Below are positions 26,337-40,308 of a stretch of 64,000 nt of DNA, in pieces. The notes beneath the pieces were generated by a model. It saw only the letters and a program-made list of their open reading frames with translations. It did no database searches and was not told the origin of the DNA. The position numbers were made by a program, and so were the translations under genes. Position 1 is the first letter of the stretch. The number at the start of each line of letters is the position of its first letter. The stretch is from the NCBI GenBank assembly GCA_951406725.2, contig OX597821.1:113708001-113772000 (forward strand), given 5' to 3'. The stretch is from Octopus vulgaris. Its lineage: Eukaryota.

Positions 26337-28296
26337 CTCTATTCACCGACAACACAATGTCTTTTTCTAATTTTAATCCCGAGAAAGAACATTTTTAAAA
26401 ATGTTTTTTAAACTCTAATTATTGTACCCGGTCTAAATATTTTATTTCTAAAGAAAAATGCCATCCACTCTAAACACCCAGAGCCACCCATAACGCCGCC
26501 TCCTTGACATATTGCAACCCCTAGTGTGCTCACAAGGCTCTGTCCAAGGGCATGTTGTCGCCCAAATTAAAAACTGCTGGTTTAAACTCCCAAAATTATA
26601 AATAAATCACAGGGATAAAACTTAATAAGATTTGTGCCTTAATTAGATGCGATTCCGTCTGGATTTTCACTAATTCACTAATTACTTTTATGTCTTTTTA
26701 TTTATGTCCCCTCTCATTAAGTACACACGCATGCGCATGCGTACACACAGACACAAATGGCAATAACGTTATCTGAAACTTGCAGTGCATATAAAATGTA
26801 CAAGCGTATTTTACTCGACTTCAACCTAGCATTAAATATCTCTTCATCAGTGACAAAATCTTAGGCTTTGAACAACTTCTGGTTCCAAGACCTACATTTG
26901 TAAATGCTTATTTTAAAATTTTAATTTAATTCACAGCATGAAGCTACAAATTAGTTTAGTTTTACAAATTAATAAATCCACGTAGACTCTACAAACAAAC
27001 ATCCAAGCTATTTTAAACTGACGTGGTTTTAAAATGGCGCTTTCTCGAAGAATTCCGTAAGAATACAAGTGAAGTTCTAAAACTATTTTGGTATTTGGGG
27101 CGGGCATGGCTGCTTTGTTTCAGCAGCTTACCTCCCAGCCACATGGTTCCGGGTTCAATCTCATTGCGTGGCACATTCGGCAATAATCTTCTGCTATATC
27201 CTCCGACCGACCAAAGAATTGTGGGTGGATTTGACAGACATTGAAAAAAGCTCGTCGTATTTATCAATATATCAATATAGATACGTGTGTGTGTGTGTGT
27301 GTGTTTGTGTGTGTCCTATCACTACTTCAAAACCAGTGCTAGTGTGTTTACGTCCCCCGTAACCTAGCGGATCGGCAAAAGACAACCGATAAAATAATTA
27401 TCAGGCTTAAAAAGAAAATTAAGTGCTGGGGTCATTTTGTTCCACTAAACCTCTTCGAGGCGGTGCCCCAACATGGCCACAATCTCATGACTGAAAGAAG
27501 TAAAAGACATACGATTTATTATCAGAATTGTCAGTCGTCTGTCTCTACGTTCTGATTTCAAATTCCGCCGAGGTCGGCTTTGCCTTTTATCCTTTCGGGG
27601 TCGATAAATTAAGTACCAGTTGCGTACTGGAGTCGATCTAATCGACTTGCCCCTCCCCCAAAATTTCAGCCCTTGTGTATAGAGTAGAAAAGATTATGAG
27701 AGTTGTCTAGTCATTGATTTTTCCTTTCGTCCTCACTGAACAGGGTTTTTAATTTTTTTCTCAGAACCAGTTAAATGTGAACCTCTAATTTATGTACAAG
27801 GTCAGCGGTCTTTTAGTGGAAGAGGATTTTAATCGATTACACCGACCCTCAGCACTTGGTTATAGTACAGTATTTTATCGAACCCGAAAGGACTGAAAGC
27901 AAAGTTGATCTTCGTGGGAGTTGAACGTGGGACGTAAAGATCCGAAACAAATTACTGCGAGAGGTACTTTTTCTGACACACAGACGATTCTTTCCATCAG
28001 CTTTCCTTAATCAATTTTCATATGGGCAAAAAACCAACAGTTTGGGGAAGAGGGAACTGGACGATTAAATCAATCTAATTACTCGACTGATACTTTATTT
28101 TATCAATTCCGAAAAGCAAATATGACTTAGCAGGATTTGAACCCAGAAAGTAAAAAGTCAGAAATAGCGCAAAATATTTTTACCGACGCTCTAACGGATC
28201 CGCCAGCTTGTTGCCTTACAGTAGTTTCTGCTTTGGGCGCGAGGTTAGTAATTTTGAGGGGAGTTGGTTAGTCGAATAAGTTGATGATAGTATTTC

Positions 28297-28530
28297 TACA
28301 GTTTCCCCATGCCATATCGCAGTTCACCGATCGCGCACTCAGTACATCGCAGTTCACCTTTCAGGCATTCGGTACATCGCGGATTTTTCTGGTTAATATG
28401 TAAATTTATATCACGGAATCCTCAGTATATCGCGGGTTTCTGCGGCCGATAGGTATTTGTAACTTTTTCGATTTTAATTATTTCTGTGGGAGGTTTTGGA
28501 ACGTAACACCCGCGATAGTCGAGGGATTAA
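28297..28530. mobile_element. Degenerate pogo/Tigger-like MITE
   Basis: Left end tacagtttccccatgccatatcgc, right end gcgatagtcgagggatta, with internal atcgc(a/g)g repeats. Confidence 0.45.
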
Positions 28531-28851
28531 TGTTCTTTATTTTATAGATATTTAATGAATGAAATGCAAATTTGATCCCGGCGTGAGTTGAACCCAGAAC
28601 GTGGAAAACCCGAAGAAATATCACAAGCCATTTGTCCACGGTTCTATCGATAGTGTTAATCCACCACCCTAGAATCACTTAAAAATATCTGTCAAAATAA
28701 GCTGTTAACCAGACAACATCACTGGAAAAATGTAATACATAAATAAAAGAAAAAAGCTTGGATGGTTAAAAATTAACTGCAAATATATTTTGTAATTATT
28801 TTTACTTCAATAGAAATTTCATGATTTATCTCTTAATAAAGTATACTTCGA

Positions 28852-29254
28852 AGGCGGCGAGCTGGCAGAACCGTTAGCACGCCGGGCGAAATGCTCAGCG
28901 GTATTTCGTCTGCCGTTACGTTCTGAGTTCAAATTCCGCCGAGGTCGACTTTGCCTTTCATCCTTTCGGGGTCAATAAATTAAGTACCAGTTATGCACTG
29001 GGGTCGATATAATCGACTTAATCCGTTTGTCTGTCCTTGTTTGTACCCTCTGTGTTTAGTAAAGAAATAGTAGTAAAGAAATAGGTATTTCGTCTATCGT
29101 TACGTTCTGAGTTCAAATTCCGCCGAGGTCGACTTTGCCTTTCATCCTTTCGGGGTCGATAAATTAAGTACCAGTTATGCACTGGGGTCGATATAATCGA
29201 CTGGCGCCCTCCTCCAAAATTTCGGGCCTTGTGCTTAGAGTAGAAAAGAATATT
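28852..29254 (+). mobile_element. Dimeric Nin/Deu-domain SINE with 11-bp TSD
   Basis: Two tandem cores ttctgagttcaaattccgccgaggtcgactttgcctttcatcctttcggggtc; TSD gtatacttcga at 28841-28851 and 29255-29265. Confidence 0.85.
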
Positions 29255-29975
29255 GTATACTTCGAGAATCCGCAAGCCATGATGAACTGTCCACACTTTG
29301 AAAGTATAACAGTGGAGGGAATACGTCTATTCTAAACAAGTAAATTCTTTGTCTTGTTTTTTTTTACGACTATCAATCAGTTTGTTTTGTATGTGAAGGA
29401 GATATCTTCGTAAAATCATAAGAGAATACCAAAATCCGATTCCAGATGTAATGTCATAGCAAATAATTGGATAAAAGTTTAGAAAGTTTTCTTATTACAT
29501 TGTACTGAGATGTAATTGAAAAAAAAACCCAGAATGACTAATAATTGAACGGTGGCCATGCTGGGGCACAGCTTTAAAGACGAAAACATGCTTTGAGTTG
29601 TAATAATACTTGCCAGAGATCGACTTCACTTCCCACTATATACCTTCATCAGTCAGTTTTTAATCAATATTAACTAACTTTAATTTCAGAGTTATCTCCC
29701 TTCCCTTTCTTGATCAAAATCAGTCATTAAACCAACGATAATTTTTCCTTCTCCTCATTAAGAGGATATCTGTAATTAATTGAATTACTTTGGTTCATTA
29801 CGTTAAATATATTAATATTCACTTAATTAAATTATAGCGAGACCTGCACCGCTGATAACATTTTTATTATCTCTCTCTTTCATACACACACGTGTGTATG
29901 TATTATGTATATATCTATGTGTATATATATGCATATATATATGTATATATATGTGTATGTATGTATGTATGTATG

Positions 29976-30040
<65 letters not shown>

Positions 30041-30079
30041 GTCTGTCTGTCTGTATATATATATATATATATATACACA

Positions 30080-30335
30080 CACAAATGTTAAGTGAAATAG
30101 AGAAATAACAGCGACAAACTAAAAATTTATTTACATTATAAAAGAATATAAAAATTATAATATAACATAATAATTTTTTAAAAACACATATAAAGCTAAC
30201 AACTTCTTTTGACTTACGTATTTTAAAAAAATTGTTATGTTATATTATAATTTTTATATTATATTATATTATATTATAATGTAAATAAATTTTTAGTTTG
30301 TCAATGGTATTTCTGTATTTCACTTAACATTTGTG
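30080..30335. repeat. Imperfect AT-rich inverted repeat
   Basis: acaaatgttaagtgaaata...gacaaactaaaaatttatttacattata / tataatgtaaataaatttttagtttgtc...tatttcacttaacatttgt. Confidence 0.8.
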
Positions 30336-30338
30336 TAC

Positions 30339-30386
<48 letters not shown>

Positions 30387-30439
30387 AGATGTACTTGCAT
30401 AGCGAGTGACTTGATCTGAGGTCGTGTGCTGGAACGAAA

Positions 30440-30629
30440 ACAATTGCAGCGTGGAAGGTTTTTATAAGCCATTTAAGAAACACACAAAAACCGTTAGATT
30501 CATTTCAGCATTTAAATTTTAATTTGTCAAAATATTTTTTGACAAATTAAAATTTAAATGCTGAAATGAATCTAACGGTTTTTGTGTGTTTCTTAAATGG
30601 CTTATAAAAACCTTCCACGCTGCAATTGT
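30440..30629. repeat. Perfect palindrome, 93-bp arms, 4-nt loop
   Basis: acaattgcagcgtgg...tgtcaaaa-TATT-ttttgaca...ccacgctgcaattgt. Confidence 0.92.
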
Positions 30630-30632
30630 GCC

Positions 30633-30705
<73 letters not shown>

Positions 30706-31337
30706 AATATATATATATAAATACACTCACATACATTATTCTATTCTTTTACATGTTTCAGTCTGCGGTCATGCTAGAGCACTGTCTTTAGTCAAACAAA
30801 TCGACCCCAGGACTTATTCTTTGTAAGCCTAGTACTTATTCTATCAGTCTGTTTTGCGGAACCACTAAATTACGGGGTTGTAAATACACCAACATCGGTT
30901 GTCAAGCGGTGGGGAGGGGGGTCAGCCACAGCCACTCAAGACGAACCCCCATATATATATATATATATATATATATATGACGGCCTTCTCTCAGTTTCGG
31001 TCAACCAAATCTACTCACAAGGTTTTGGTCGGCCCGAGGCTCTAGCAGGAGACGCTTGCCCAAGGTGCCACGAGGTAGGAATGAACTCGGAACCAGGTGG
31101 ATGAGAAGCAATCTTCTTTCCACACAGCCACTCCTGTGCCTATATATACATATACATTTACATAAACACGTGCACACGTACACACACATAGACGCACACA
31201 TATACATACACAAGCTAAGTTTTATTTACAAGTTCATTTGAAAATTTTATTGACTTTTTTTTACTTAGATCCCACTAAGTTATCATGTCCAACTTTCAGA
31301 AACATTATAGATATATGCAAAAACATTATACATATGA

Positions 31338-31552
31338 AGGCGGCGAGCTGGCAGACACGTTAGCGCGCCGGGCGAAATGCTAAGCGGTATTTCGTCTGCC
31401 GTTACGTTCTGAGTTCAAATTCCGCCGAGGTCGACTCTGCCTTTCATCCTTTCGGGGTCGATAAATAAAGTACCAGTTTCACACTGGGATCGCTATAATC
31501 GACTTAATTCCTTTGTCTGTCCTTGTTTAGCCCCTTGTGTACAATAAAGAAA
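31338..31552 (+). mobile_element. Nin/Deu-domain SINE, representative monomer; other copies at about 4225-4412(-), 14415-14630(-), 20793-21005(+), 22890-23100(-), 27535-27693(+), 32215-32600(-), 35785-36240(-), 37470-37668(-), 42238-42437(+), 47240-47757(-), 49264-49462(+), 61435-61595(-), 63293-63557(-)
   Basis: ggcggcgagctggcaga head plus gcctttcatcctttcggggtcgataaa core, recurring more than 15 times on both strands. Confidence 0.85.
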
Positions 31553-33016
31553 TATATGTGTGTATGTGTGGGTGTATGTGCATATGTGTGTGCGTGCGCG
31601 TGTGTGTGGATATTATGTAGAGACATGCACGCAAAAAACAACAATCAAAATAACCTGTTTGACGTGTAGGAAAATCTCGAGATACTTTATAGGACGAAAC
31701 CTGTAAAATCTGGAACATCAGCCGGCAATGGAACTGAAGTGACATCTTCTTACATGAATAACTTCCCTTTCCCGCTAAAAACATTAATGCCATCCCCACT
31801 GATAAAGTTTCTGTCTCCAAGACGTCTCGCATATCATAGGGTACTTCAGTAGGTCTATCCTTTTTGCAGTCAACCCACATGAGACCACCCCTGCATCTGT
31901 GATACAAACTTCCTGTTTTAAAATGGTCTAAATTAAAACGTCCCGATAAAATTTCACGCTAATTCATAGTCCAACCACCAGGTTAATAATAGTTTCAAAT
32001 TTTTCCACAAGGACAATAATTTTGGGGATGGGGAAGAGTCGATTACATCGACCCCAGTGGTCCACTGATACTTATTTTATCGATCCCGTAAAGATGAAAG
32101 GTAAAGTCAATCTCAGCAGAATTTGAACTCAGAACGTAGCGACGGGCGAAACACTGCCAAGTATTTCGTCCAGCGTGCTAGTGTCAGCTAGCCACCTTAA
32201 CTACCAACTTAATAATCTTTTCTACTCTAGGCACAAGACAGGAAATTTTTTGTGGGGAGGGGACCAGTCGATTAGATCGACCCCAGTACGCAACTGGTAC
32301 TTGAACTCAGAAAATAGAGACGGGTGAAATATCGGTAAGCATTTCGTCCAGCGTGCTAACAATTCTTATTTCTTTATTACCTACAAGGGGCTAAACATAG
32401 AGGGGGCAAACAAGGGCAGACAAAGGGATTAGGTCGTTTACATCGACCCCAGTGCGTAAATGGTACGTAATTTATCGACCCCGAAAGGATGAAAGGCAAA
32501 GTCGATCTCAGCAGAATTTGAACTCAGAACGTAACGGCAGACGAAATACTGCTAAGCATTTCGCCCGGCTTGCTAACGTTTCTGCCAGCTCGCCGCCTTA
32601 AGCACCAGCTTAATAATGACAGTTATTTAACTAAATTATTTATTTGCTTCGAAATAAATAAAACAAAGGCAATGTATTTCAATAAAAATATAGTTAACAA
32701 AAGGGATACCTTTTTTTGGTACCATCTTGTCCCAGATGCCCCTGGGTCGATCATAGAAATTCCCTATTCTAAAGTAATACAAATTGAAATGATCCATTGA
32801 AATTTCCTTAGCTTGCGTCCCAAACACCGGCTTAATAATGATAAAGTTTTTCCACTAAGTTCTGTGGTAAAGAGCTTACTTTCCAGCCATATGATTTCGG
32901 GTTCAGTCCCACTGCGTGGCACTCTGGGCAAGTGTCATCTACTATTGTCTCGGACCCACCAAAGCCTTGTGAATGGATTTGGTAGACGGGAACTGAAAGA
33001 AGCCCGTCGTATATAT

Positions 33017-33429
33017 GAGGGTCTTGTCCCAAACTTTGGCATTCAAAGTTACCCCAACCACAGAACGGGGCGCCACTGCATGGTGCCAAGGATTCCAACA
33101 TCACCATCAAAATACAGGTCCAGATACTGCAACAGCTTGGGTTTCAGAGGACCACAGCTCTTTAACATCCTCCCTAAATGCCTGAGAGACTTACATGGTG
33201 TGGATGTGGGTTTCTTTAAAACTAAACTGGATCTCTTCTTGTCGGGAGTCCCAGATGAACCTACCTCACGACAGGAGACGCGGATACGGCAGCAGCATCG
33301 AACTCCCTTGTTGATCAAGTGCCACGTATCAGAGGTGGATTCACAAATTAGTGTAGCTCATTCAGCGGTGGTGCCCCAGCATGGCCGCGGCCTTCGGGCT
33401 AAAAGATTTTTAAGGATTTAAGGGTTTAA

Positions 33430-33432
<3 letters not shown>
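33017..33432 (+). mobile_element. CR1-group LINE 3' fragment nested inside a SINE
   Basis: GLVPNFGI...NSLGFRGPQLFNILPKCLRDL..FKTKLDLFLSGVPDEP followed by a (TTTAAGG)-type tail; it splits the SINE at 32860-33685. Confidence 0.8.
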
Positions 33433-33489
<57 letters not shown>

Positions 33490-33792
33490 CTGTGTGTCCC
33501 CACATTACCACTTGATAACCTGTGTTGGTGTGTTTATGTCCTCGAAACTTAGCGGTTCGGCAAAAGAGGCTGATAGAATAAATACCAGACTTTAAAAAAT
33601 AAGTACTGCTGTCGATTCACTCGACTAAAAATTCAAGGCGGTGCCCCAGCATGGTCGCAGTCTAATGATTGCAACAAGTAAAATATATTTTTCAAAATTA
33701 ATCGAAACACATCAACGCATTTCAATAAAAATAAGTTAACAAAAGTGTTAAAGTGATCTAAATTGTTTAGAAGTAAAAGAAATAGATGTTAC

Positions 33793-33846
33793 CTTTCTCC
33801 CATCAAGTCCAGATAATCCAATAGGGCCTGCTGGTCCTTGCTGTCC
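33793..33846 (-). CDS. Collagen triple-helix exon (54 bp, phase 0): GQQGPAGPIGLSGLDGRK
   Basis: ttttccAG|GGACAGCAA...GGGAGAAAG|GTaaca; six Gly-X-Y triplets. Confidence 0.93.
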
Positions 33847-33943
33847 CTGGAAAAGTAAAAATTTCCATTTTAGCATCATTTTATTAGCATAAAAGCAACA
33901 TTAGCAAGTTCATCTCTCCCCACTCTCTCTCTCTCTCTCTCTC

Positions 33944-33980
<37 letters not shown>

Positions 33981-34332
33981 TCATACACGTATAATATGAA
34001 TTATAATATAACGTAATCTAACTATATATATATATAATATGTAATATGTAATATATAATATATTATATATTATATATATAATATATTATATATTATATAT
34101 ATAATATTAGGGAGTATAGCTCCAAACTTACAGGGAAAAAATCGATTTAGTATTAAATCAAATTTCACAGTATAAATATATAAAATATGAATTAGAGATA
34201 AAACCACTATTATGCAACCAATACATAAATAACAAATAATATAAATATAATTAATATAATATATTATATATATATATAATTTTTTTTTGTTTTTCAAAAA
34301 GTATTACCATTCTTTTTATACTTTTTGAAAAA

Positions 34333-34403
<71 letters not shown>

Positions 34404-34495
34404 TATATCAATTATATTTATATTATTTGTTATTTATGTATTGGTTTATGTCTATCACTGTTTGAGTTGCATTATAGTGGTTTTATCTCTAATTC

Positions 34496-34526
<31 letters not shown>

Positions 34527-34774
34527 CGTTAGATTACGTTATATTTATGTTGTCAAACGTATTTGAAGAGTCAGAAACCGGTCCTGCATTATCCGATTCT
34601 GGGTTGTCCATTTATCGAATGTTCTTCCTAGAGGTAAGACAAATTTTTCATGTTTGTTGCACTCACACGTCTTTGCTACGCACTTTACTACGCAGTGAAA
34701 CTTTACAACAGCGTCGTATTTGTATCGAATGCTATTTTCCAGTAAATATTGGTGATGTTTTGTACCACTCATCT

Positions 34775-34818
<44 letters not shown>

Positions 34819-35997
34819 GATCACCCCTCTTCGGTCATGACTGACCATGGCATTGCACCTCGAAAGTTACCCTCCCAGGCACAAACCCGGGCTAGGTTGT
34901 TCTATGGAGACCAGCACAGTCGCCCATGCATACCGGCCTCCCCTCTCCATGCCACCGAGAGAAAGGCAGAAACCGATTCAGCTTGGCACCAGTGATGTCG
35001 CAACTCATTTTTACGGGCTAATGAACTGGAGCAACGTGAAATAAAGTGTCTTGTTCAAGAACCCAACAGACAGCTCGGTTCTAGAATCGAACCCACTACC
35101 TCATGTCTGTGAGCCCGATGCTCTTACCACATACACCACACATATGAACATATATAAATACATATATGTATACGTATGCATATGCATATTTATGTTTGTG
35201 TGTGTGTGTATGTATACATTTCTATATGTATGTATTCACATCATAAAAAAAAGCACTCATATATCTGGCAATAGAGTGTGTATTTTATCATTATTTATAT
35301 AATATAATCTTATGATAGACAGTTAATGCTGTTACTGAACGGTTTCATGCCAAAAATGACGAGTATATTTAGCAATCATCAGACATATGCGAATAGTAAA
35401 GTACGACCTGTGTTACTGGGGGCGGGGATACTTTTTGCTATCCAAATGCACGTCAATGGCTAAAAGAAACCGATCCAAGAGACATAACTCCAATCACCTT
35501 AACAGCCAGCCTTGTTCATTTTGTTCTTTTGCTTTGTTAGTCTATACCTTATACTTGTATTATTTTCGCCCGGATTTTTACAATTCTGTAATGCATAGAA
35601 TGGCTGTGGAGTTTTTCAGGCTTCTTAGCAGGAAAGGGCTGAAGCCATACTTTTCCATTCAGTCATGTTCAATGATATCTACATCTACCTCTTTAACTTT
35701 CGTATGAAACCGTTCGCTAATCAGTAGTAGTAGCAGCAGCAGCAGCAGCAGTAGTAGTAATAGTAATAGTAGTAGTAATAATCATTTCTACTATAGGCAC
35801 AATGCCCGAAATTTAGTGTGGGGCGGACTAGTCGATTACATCGACTCCAGTGTTTCACTGGTACTTAATTCTATCGATGCCGAAAGGATAAAACGCAAGT
35901 TCAACCTCGGCGGAATTTGAACTCAGAACGTAATGACAGACAAAAGCCGCTAGGCATTTCGTCCGACGTACTAACGATTCTGCCAGCTTGCTACCTT

Positions 35998-36047
<50 letters not shown>

Positions 36048-36254
36048 TTCTGCTAAAGGCACAAAGCCCGAAATTTGGTGGGAGGTGACTAGTCAAGTAC
36101 ATCGACCTCAGTATGCAACTGGTACTTATTTTTTCTACCCCGAAAGGATGAAAAGCAAAGTCGACCTCGGCAGAATTTGTACTCAGAACATAGCGACGGA
36201 CGAAATACCGCTAAGCATTTTGCCCGGTTCGCAGCCTTAATAATAATAATAATG

Positions 36255-36311
<57 letters not shown>

Positions 36312-36561
36312 TCCGAAATTCTAATAATTCTACCAATCCAATGCCCTTCATTTTGGATTGTTTCAGATTTCGTACAACATATGGAACCTATGATTTTCTG
36401 TCTGCTGGCGGTGACGAGGACGTTTAGCCTTCGATGAGTTGCAGGTAAAAAGGTAAGGAAGTGTACAAGATACTCGTTTGTTGTTTTACAAAAACATAAA
36501 TTACTGACATCAGGTCACTCTCACACATACCCTCATATTCAACGGATGCTGAAAAACTTAC

Positions 36562-36615
36562 AATTTGTCCTTGTGGTCCTCTGATTCCAGGAATACCAGA
36601 ATCTCCTTTAGAACC
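36562..36615 (-). CDS. Collagen triple-helix exon (54 bp, phase 0): GSKGDSGIPGIRGPQGQI
   Basis: ttttAG|GGTTCTAAA...GGACAAATT|GTaagt; six Gly-X-Y triplets. Confidence 0.93.
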
Positions 36616-36713
36616 CTAAAATATAATAAAAATTATTAAGAATGGTAGTATTGAAATAAATTTCTTCATTTATTATGATTTTTATGAATGTATGTATGAA
36701 TCACATCATAAAA

Positions 36714-36755
<42 letters not shown>

Positions 36756-36918
36756 GTATAGAATTTATCACCACTTCAACGTTGGTGTTGTCAAAGAGAT
36801 GACGATATTGTTGTTTTAACCGCAGGGAGACATCTCCTCCAAGTGGTTTATTCAGTGCGCTTTCGCACTCGATATCTATTGCAAGCGGGAGAGAACCCTT
36901 GCCACCCTAGCTCCGAGA

Positions 36919-36964
36919 CCACCAGAAACATGATTTCGATCTTATTGGATCTCTTCAGCGGTGG
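36919..36964 (-). ncRNA. Hammerhead-like motif with degenerate stem III
   Basis: CCACCG-CUGAAGA-GAUC(CAAUAA)GAUC-GAAA-UCAUGUU-UC|UGGUGG. Confidence 0.5.
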
Positions 36965-38204
36965 GCACTCATTTTCCAGGCATTGCAGTAGTCTAGCCTA
37001 GCTTGCAATATATAGAAAATAGGAAACTAGTCCGTTAGAAAATCTCCGCTCGAGATAGAAGCAGTGTATTTTTGTATGTATATTTCAAATGAATTTCAGT
37101 AAAAATGCCGGGGCCGATTGTTTTCATCATAGCAACCAATGTATTTTGCCGACAATTGACGAAAGCTAGAAATATTTTAGGGGACACCAAAATGGCTCAT
37201 GAGAACATGGAGCAAGATTCCACATGACATAAAATGCTTTCCTCAATGCAATTTTAGAAAAGGACTAGCATGTCCGGAGTTCAATGATTTATTTTATTTA
37301 GCCGAAAGTAGGTAACCTTTCCTGAATGGGGCAGGTATTACCTCGCTTGCTTTCAGATACAGTACAAATCAATTGCAGTGAATGATAGAAAAACAATCCT
37401 CTTACATTTAACACGACCATTGGTGTGGAACTAATGAAGCTGGGCAAGTGATAAATGCGTCTTCATATAGGTTTCAAATTTTGGCACAAAGCCAGCAGTT
37501 GCCAGTCAAATACTGGTGTCAGTGTTTTACTGGTACTTAATTTTATCGACCCCTAAAGGATGAACGGCAAAGTCGACCTCGGCGGAATTTGAACTCAAGA
37601 TGTAAAGACAGGTGAAATACGGCTAAGAATTTTACCCGGTGTGCTAACCACTCTGTCAGCTCGCCGACTTTGTCTTCCTTATATTGATAGGAACTGCCTT
37701 AGAATGTGTTTTCATATAGCCAATTGTTTCATCGTTCTTTGCTTTGTCTTTGCTGTGTCTTTGCTTTTAAAACCTTTATGCAGAATGATGAATCTGAGAC
37801 TATTTGTCGCACCCTGTATAAGCAGCTGATTATAGTCTGTGTGCACTGGCACACGGATAATTAACAATGATAGAGATCTGAATACAACCATAAACATAAA
37901 TACAATTGTATGCATACACATGTGAGCACACACCGTGCTCCATCCTATGTGCACGCGCACGCTTGCACGCAAATGTAAAATTATATTCATACAGATGTGC
38001 GCGTATACAAAATATACACAACGATACAAGTGGTATATATATGTATATCACAGTCCTGTCTCCCTTTCGGTAACATACACACGCAGGTCCCTTGCCCCCC
38101 ACACAGTGAGCATTAAAGTGAAACATGGAAAAAGGCAATACACATGGGACACTTCTCAAATCGCTCATCAGCCCTGGAGATCAGCGTAGTTTTGGTGCGT
38201 TTAA

Positions 38205-38398
<194 letters not shown>

Positions 38399-38447
38399 TA
38401 TATGAATGTATGTATGTATGATTTTATACACACACACACACACACAC

Positions 38448-38491
<44 letters not shown>

Positions 38492-38513
38492 TATATGAAT
38501 GTATGTATGTATG

Positions 38514-38553
<40 letters not shown>

Positions 38554-38824
38554 GACACATATATATGCAACGATAAATGTACGTGTTTTATCGAAGCAAT
38601 CAACTTTCTCTAGTAAAACTCGAGATCTTTGCAAGGAAGGCTACAGTTTTTCGTAATGATTACATAGCAAATGGAGAGATTATAAATGATACATACGTCT
38701 TTGCCGTCATTTCCTGGCTGACCGGTTGGTCCCATAACTCCCTTTATAAAAGATGATCAATTTGCAAGTGTTAGATTTAATGGTTACGAATTATGAAAGG
38801 CAATTTTTGTATATACGATAACTA

Positions 38825-38921
38825 TAGGTAGATAGATAGAGCGAAAGATAGATGGACAGACAGACTGACTGACTGACAGACAGACATCAGACAGATAGAT
38901 AGACAAACAGACAGATGGACT

Positions 38922-38985
<64 letters not shown>

Positions 38986-39128
38986 GATAGATACATACAT
39001 ACATAGAGACATACATACATACATACATAGAGACAGACAAATAGACAGATAGATAGATAGATAGAAAGAAAGATAGACAGATAGATAGATAGACAGACAT
39101 ACAGACAGACAGACAGACAGACAGATAG

Positions 39129-39197
<69 letters not shown>

Positions 39198-39490
39198 GAT
39201 AGATAGAGACACACACACAGATAGATAGGTAGTTTGATAGACAGATAGAGACAGACAGAGAAACAGACAGACAGATAGATAGATAGATAGATGGACTGAT
39301 AAATAGATAGATAGATAAAGACAGACAGATAGGGAGAGAGAGAGACACAGAGAGAGAGAGACAGATAGATAAATAGATTGATATATAGATTGATACATAG
39401 CTAAATAGATAGATAAATAGAGAGTTAAAGAAATAGAGAAATAGATAACTAGCTAGCTAGATAGATAAATAAATAGTTATATAGATAGAT
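38825..39490. repeat. Compound (GATA)n/(GACA)n/(GA)n microsatellite
   Basis: Direct reading. Confidence 0.92.
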
Positions 39491-39494
39491 AATG

Positions 39495-39877
39495 GAAGCA
39501 TTCCGTCGGTTACGACGACGAGGGCTCCGGTTGATCCGAATCAACGGAATAGCCTGCTCGTGAAATTAACGTGTAAGTGGCTGAGCACTCCACAGACACG
39601 TGTACCCTTAACGTAGTTCCCGGGGATATTCAGCGTGACACAGAGAGTGACAAGGCCGGTTCTTTGAAATACAGGTACAACAGAAACAGAAAGTAAGAGT
39701 GAGAGAAAGTTGTGGTGAAAGAGTACAGCAGGGATCACCACCATCCCCTGCCGGAGCCTCGTGGAGCTTTTAGGTGTTTTCGCTCAATAAACACTCACAA
39801 CGCCCGGTCTGGGAATCGAAACCGCGATCCTATGACCGCGAGTCCGCTGCCCTAACCACCGGGCCATTGCGCCTCCA
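39495..39877 (-). mobile_element. Full-length tRNA-derived SINE (TCG in the anticodon-loop position, Arg-like)
   Basis: Minus strand GTGGAGGCGCAATGGCCCGGTGGTTAGGGCAGCGGACTCGCGGTCATAGGATCGCGGTTTCGATTCCC contains A and B boxes; the 3' half is shared with 14951-15270. Confidence 0.85.
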
Positions 39878-40113
39878 CATAGATAGATAAATGGATGATG
39901 TGTAAATTAATTCTTATTCCGTTCCTACACTGCATTGGGAATGGCAATTTCTGCGGAATTTTTCTGGAGGAACAAATTTATCCCCATTGATTTGATGTGT
40001 AAAGACCTACCAAGTGACGTCAGCATGGTGTTTTGGCGTAACTTCTGCTCCTCAGCAATAGATACTGCCTCGGTCATTAGGAGTTAGACAGGATATTCTG
40101 TTCCACACACACA

Positions 40114-40151
<38 letters not shown>

Positions 40152-40248
40152 CATGTATAGGTATCTATCTGTCTATCTAGCTATTTATCTACCTATCTAT
40201 CTACCTATCTGTGTATATATATGTACACACACACACACAAACACACAC

Positions 40249-40308
<60 letters not shown>

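Noticed and set aside
37080-37450. Possible hAT transposase remnant
   Set aside because: Only scattered residues resemble the family; needs a profile search.
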